24,793 bases of DNA from a virus (Duplodnaviria > Caudoviricetes), in IMG/VR virus record IMGVR_UViG_3300010047_000091, positions 1-24,793 of that record; one strand, written 5' to 3'. The translations under genes were made by a program, and so were the position numbers. The first letter of the stretch is position 1; every line of letters starts with the position of its first letter. The notes below the pieces were generated by a model. That model was given only the letters and a program-made list of their open reading frames with translations, made no database searches and was not told the origin of the DNA. Below, piece by piece: positions 23,153-24,793 of the stretch.

Positions 23153-23709
23153 GACTCGCCTACGCCGACCCGCCGTACCTCGGATGGTGCCGGTACTACG
23201 AACACGACCACCGCGGGGGCGGATGTTGGGACGACTCCGACACTCACCGCGACCTCATCGCTCGACTCGTCGCCGACTACCCGGATGGGTGGGCGTTGTC
23301 GCTCTCATCGCCGACACTCGCCGTCATCCTCCCGATGGTTCCCGCCGACACGCGTGTCGCCGCGTGGGTCAAGCCGTTCGCCGCGTTCAAATCCGGAGTC
23401 CGGCCCGCGTACGCGTGGGAACCGATCCTCTTCCGCGGCGGGCGCAACCCGACCAACGGATACCCGCACAAGTGGCGCCGATCACCCACGCCCCGCGACT
23501 ACGTGATCGAACCCATATCGCTCCGCCGCGGGTTGACGGGCGCCAAACCGGCCCGGGTGTGCCGGTTCGTCCTCGACCTGCTCAACGCCCGCCCCGACGA
23601 CGAGGTCGACGACCTGTTCCCGGGAACCGGCGCAATGGGCGCCGCCATCGCCGCCCTTGCCGGTCGACCGATCGGCGACCAACTTTCACTGTTGGAGACG
23701 CCCGCGTGA
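23149..23709 (+). CDS. Minimal N6A/N4C DNA methyltransferase, beta-class motif order (~186 aa)
   Basis: YADPPY (motif IV) at the N-terminus; GAKP...DDEVDDLFPGTG (motifs X/I) at the C-terminus. Confidence 0.85.
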   Translation: MRLAYADPPYLGWCRYYEHDHRGGGCWDDSDTHRDLIARLVADYPDGWALSLSSPTLAVILPMVPADTRVAAWVKPFAAFKSGVRPAYAWEPILFRGGRNPTNGYPHKWRRSPTPRDYVIEPISLRRGLTGAKPARVCRFVLDLLNARPDDEVDDLFPGTGAMGAAIAALAGRPIGDQLSLLETPA

Positions 23710-24793
23710 CCCGGATCGTCGACCTCCAACGTCGCCTACGCGAAATCGGCCGCATTCGCATAGGTGCCCGTGTCCCCACCGCGGGGGGCGGCACCCGACC
23801 CGGCAAACTCGACACGTTCCGGCTCACCTCGCCCGACCGCCGCCCCATAGACGCCGCCGCGGCCCGTTGGGGCGGCACCGTCGAACCGTGGGACGCCCCC
23901 GCCGGCCGGCAATGGCAGGTCGTGACCGAGGTCGACGAACTCGCCGTGATCGTCCCCCCAACCAACATGGCGTTCACGCAGGCGTACGAACAGTGGACCG
24001 CCGCCGGCTGCCGCGTCCGCTGCGACGGCACGTACGACGTCGTCGGGGACCTCGCCTGCCACTGCGACCCCGACCGGCGCGTCTGCGACATCCACACACG
24101 CCTCTCCGTCATGCTCCCCGACATCCTCGGGCTCGGCGTGTGGCGACTCGACACACAGGGCTACTACGCGGCCGTCGAACTCGCCGGGGTGGTCGACGTC
24201 CTCGTCGACCTCGCCATCGGCGGGCGACTCCTGCCCGGTCGGCTCCGTCTAGAGCAACGCACCGCCAAGAGGATCGGCAACAACGGTCCGATCACGCTCC
24301 GCTACGCGGTGCCCGTCATAGACGTCGACCACCCGTTCGCGCTCCCCGTCTCCGGTGCCTCCCTCCCATCGGTCACCAGCCACGCCGACAGGGACACCGC
24401 GGGGAGCGGGGGTGGCAGGGACGAGGCGATAGCGAATCGGCGGCTGTCGCCCGTCCCGCCGCCCGACCCGTCAACCGTGTTCGTCCCGTCGCTGCGCGAC
24501 CAGCTCTCCGGCGTCGACATCGACACGACCAGCTCCCGCCGGCAGGCACCGCCGCCGGCAACCGGGCTCGCACCCCGGACCGACGCGCATTTCTCGCGAG
24601 CATCCGACGACCCGACCCCTTACAACCCGCCGACCGACCCCCCCGAATTCGCGACACCCGACCTACAGGGCGCGGGCGTGCTCGCACTCCGGGCCGTCGT
24701 CAACGGACTCGGACAAGACGCCCGCCGCGCGTTCCTCGACCACTTCGGGGTCACGCTCAAAGACCTGCCACCCGACCGGCTCGACGAGGCGCA
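23706..24793 (+). CDS. phiC31 gp3-like (recombination directionality factor-like) protein, 3' truncated by window (not in ORF track)
   Basis: Open from GTG 23706 to window end; REIGRIRIG...KLDTFRLTS...YEQW...GCRVRCDG...CHC...C..TRLSVMLP...GVWRLDT. Confidence 0.8.
   Translation, partial: MTRIVDLQRRLREIGRIRIGARVPTAGGGTRPGKLDTFRLTSPDRRPIDAAAARWGGTVEPWDAPAGRQWQVVTEVDELAVIVPPTNMAFTQAYEQWTAAGCRVRCDGTYDVVGDLACHCDPDRRVCDIHTRLSVMLPDILGLGVWRLDTQGYYAAVELAGVVDVLVDLAIGGRLLPGRLRLEQRTAKRIGNNGPITLRYAVPVIDVDHPFALPVSGASLPSVTSHADRDTAGSGGGRDEAIANRRLSPVPPPDPSTVFVPSLRDQLSGVDIDTTSSRRQAPPPATGLAPRTDAHFSRASDDPTPYNPPTDPPEFATPDLQGAGVLALRAVVNGLGQDARRAFLDHFGVTLKDLPPDRLDEA

Larger units (their letters stand above)
1..24793. 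mobile_element. Temperate siphovirus-like phage genome segment (actinobacterial host likely), apparently unintegrated form
   Basis: Canonical order terminase-portal-protease-capsid-neck-tail-tape measure-lysis-integrase-early genes; no host housekeeping genes; most gene junctions are ATGA/GTGA stop-start overlaps. Confidence 0.97.

Overview
The whole window is a high-GC (roughly 70% by eye) temperate tailed phage of siphovirus type, most likely infecting an actinobacterium. There is no lysin B in the lysis cassette, so the host is probably not mycolic-acid-containing. No host genes are visible, and phage genes continue on both sides of the integrase, so this looks like the unintegrated (attP-form) genome. 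Layout: (1) a + strand, translationally coupled morphogenesis operon: large terminase (5' truncated), HK97-type portal, prohead protease, major capsid, Ig-like accessory protein, neck proteins, major tail, tail chaperone with a probable -1 frameshift, tape measure, one large hub/receptor-binding protein, and a small fibre-like protein; (2) a lysis cassette with an amidase and three membrane proteins; (3) a - strand large serine integrase with two small upstream genes; (4) a structured intergenic region and a small basic + strand gene; (5) a - strand operon of small genes; (6) a divergent switch flanked by Xis/HTH_17-type proteins, with no recognisable cI/Cro; (7) a + strand early operon with a PD-(D/E)XK exonuclease, a minimal DNA methyltransferase and a phiC31-gp3-like protein (3' truncated, missing from the ORF track). 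The most unusual signals are the repressor-less, Xis-only switch, hairpins displaying anti-Shine-Dalgarno loops, 22-bp repeats defining an excisable gene cassette, a four-unit repeat array in the capsid leader, and nested carbohydrate-binding domains in the tail hub. All family assignments come from reading motifs; no database searches were run.
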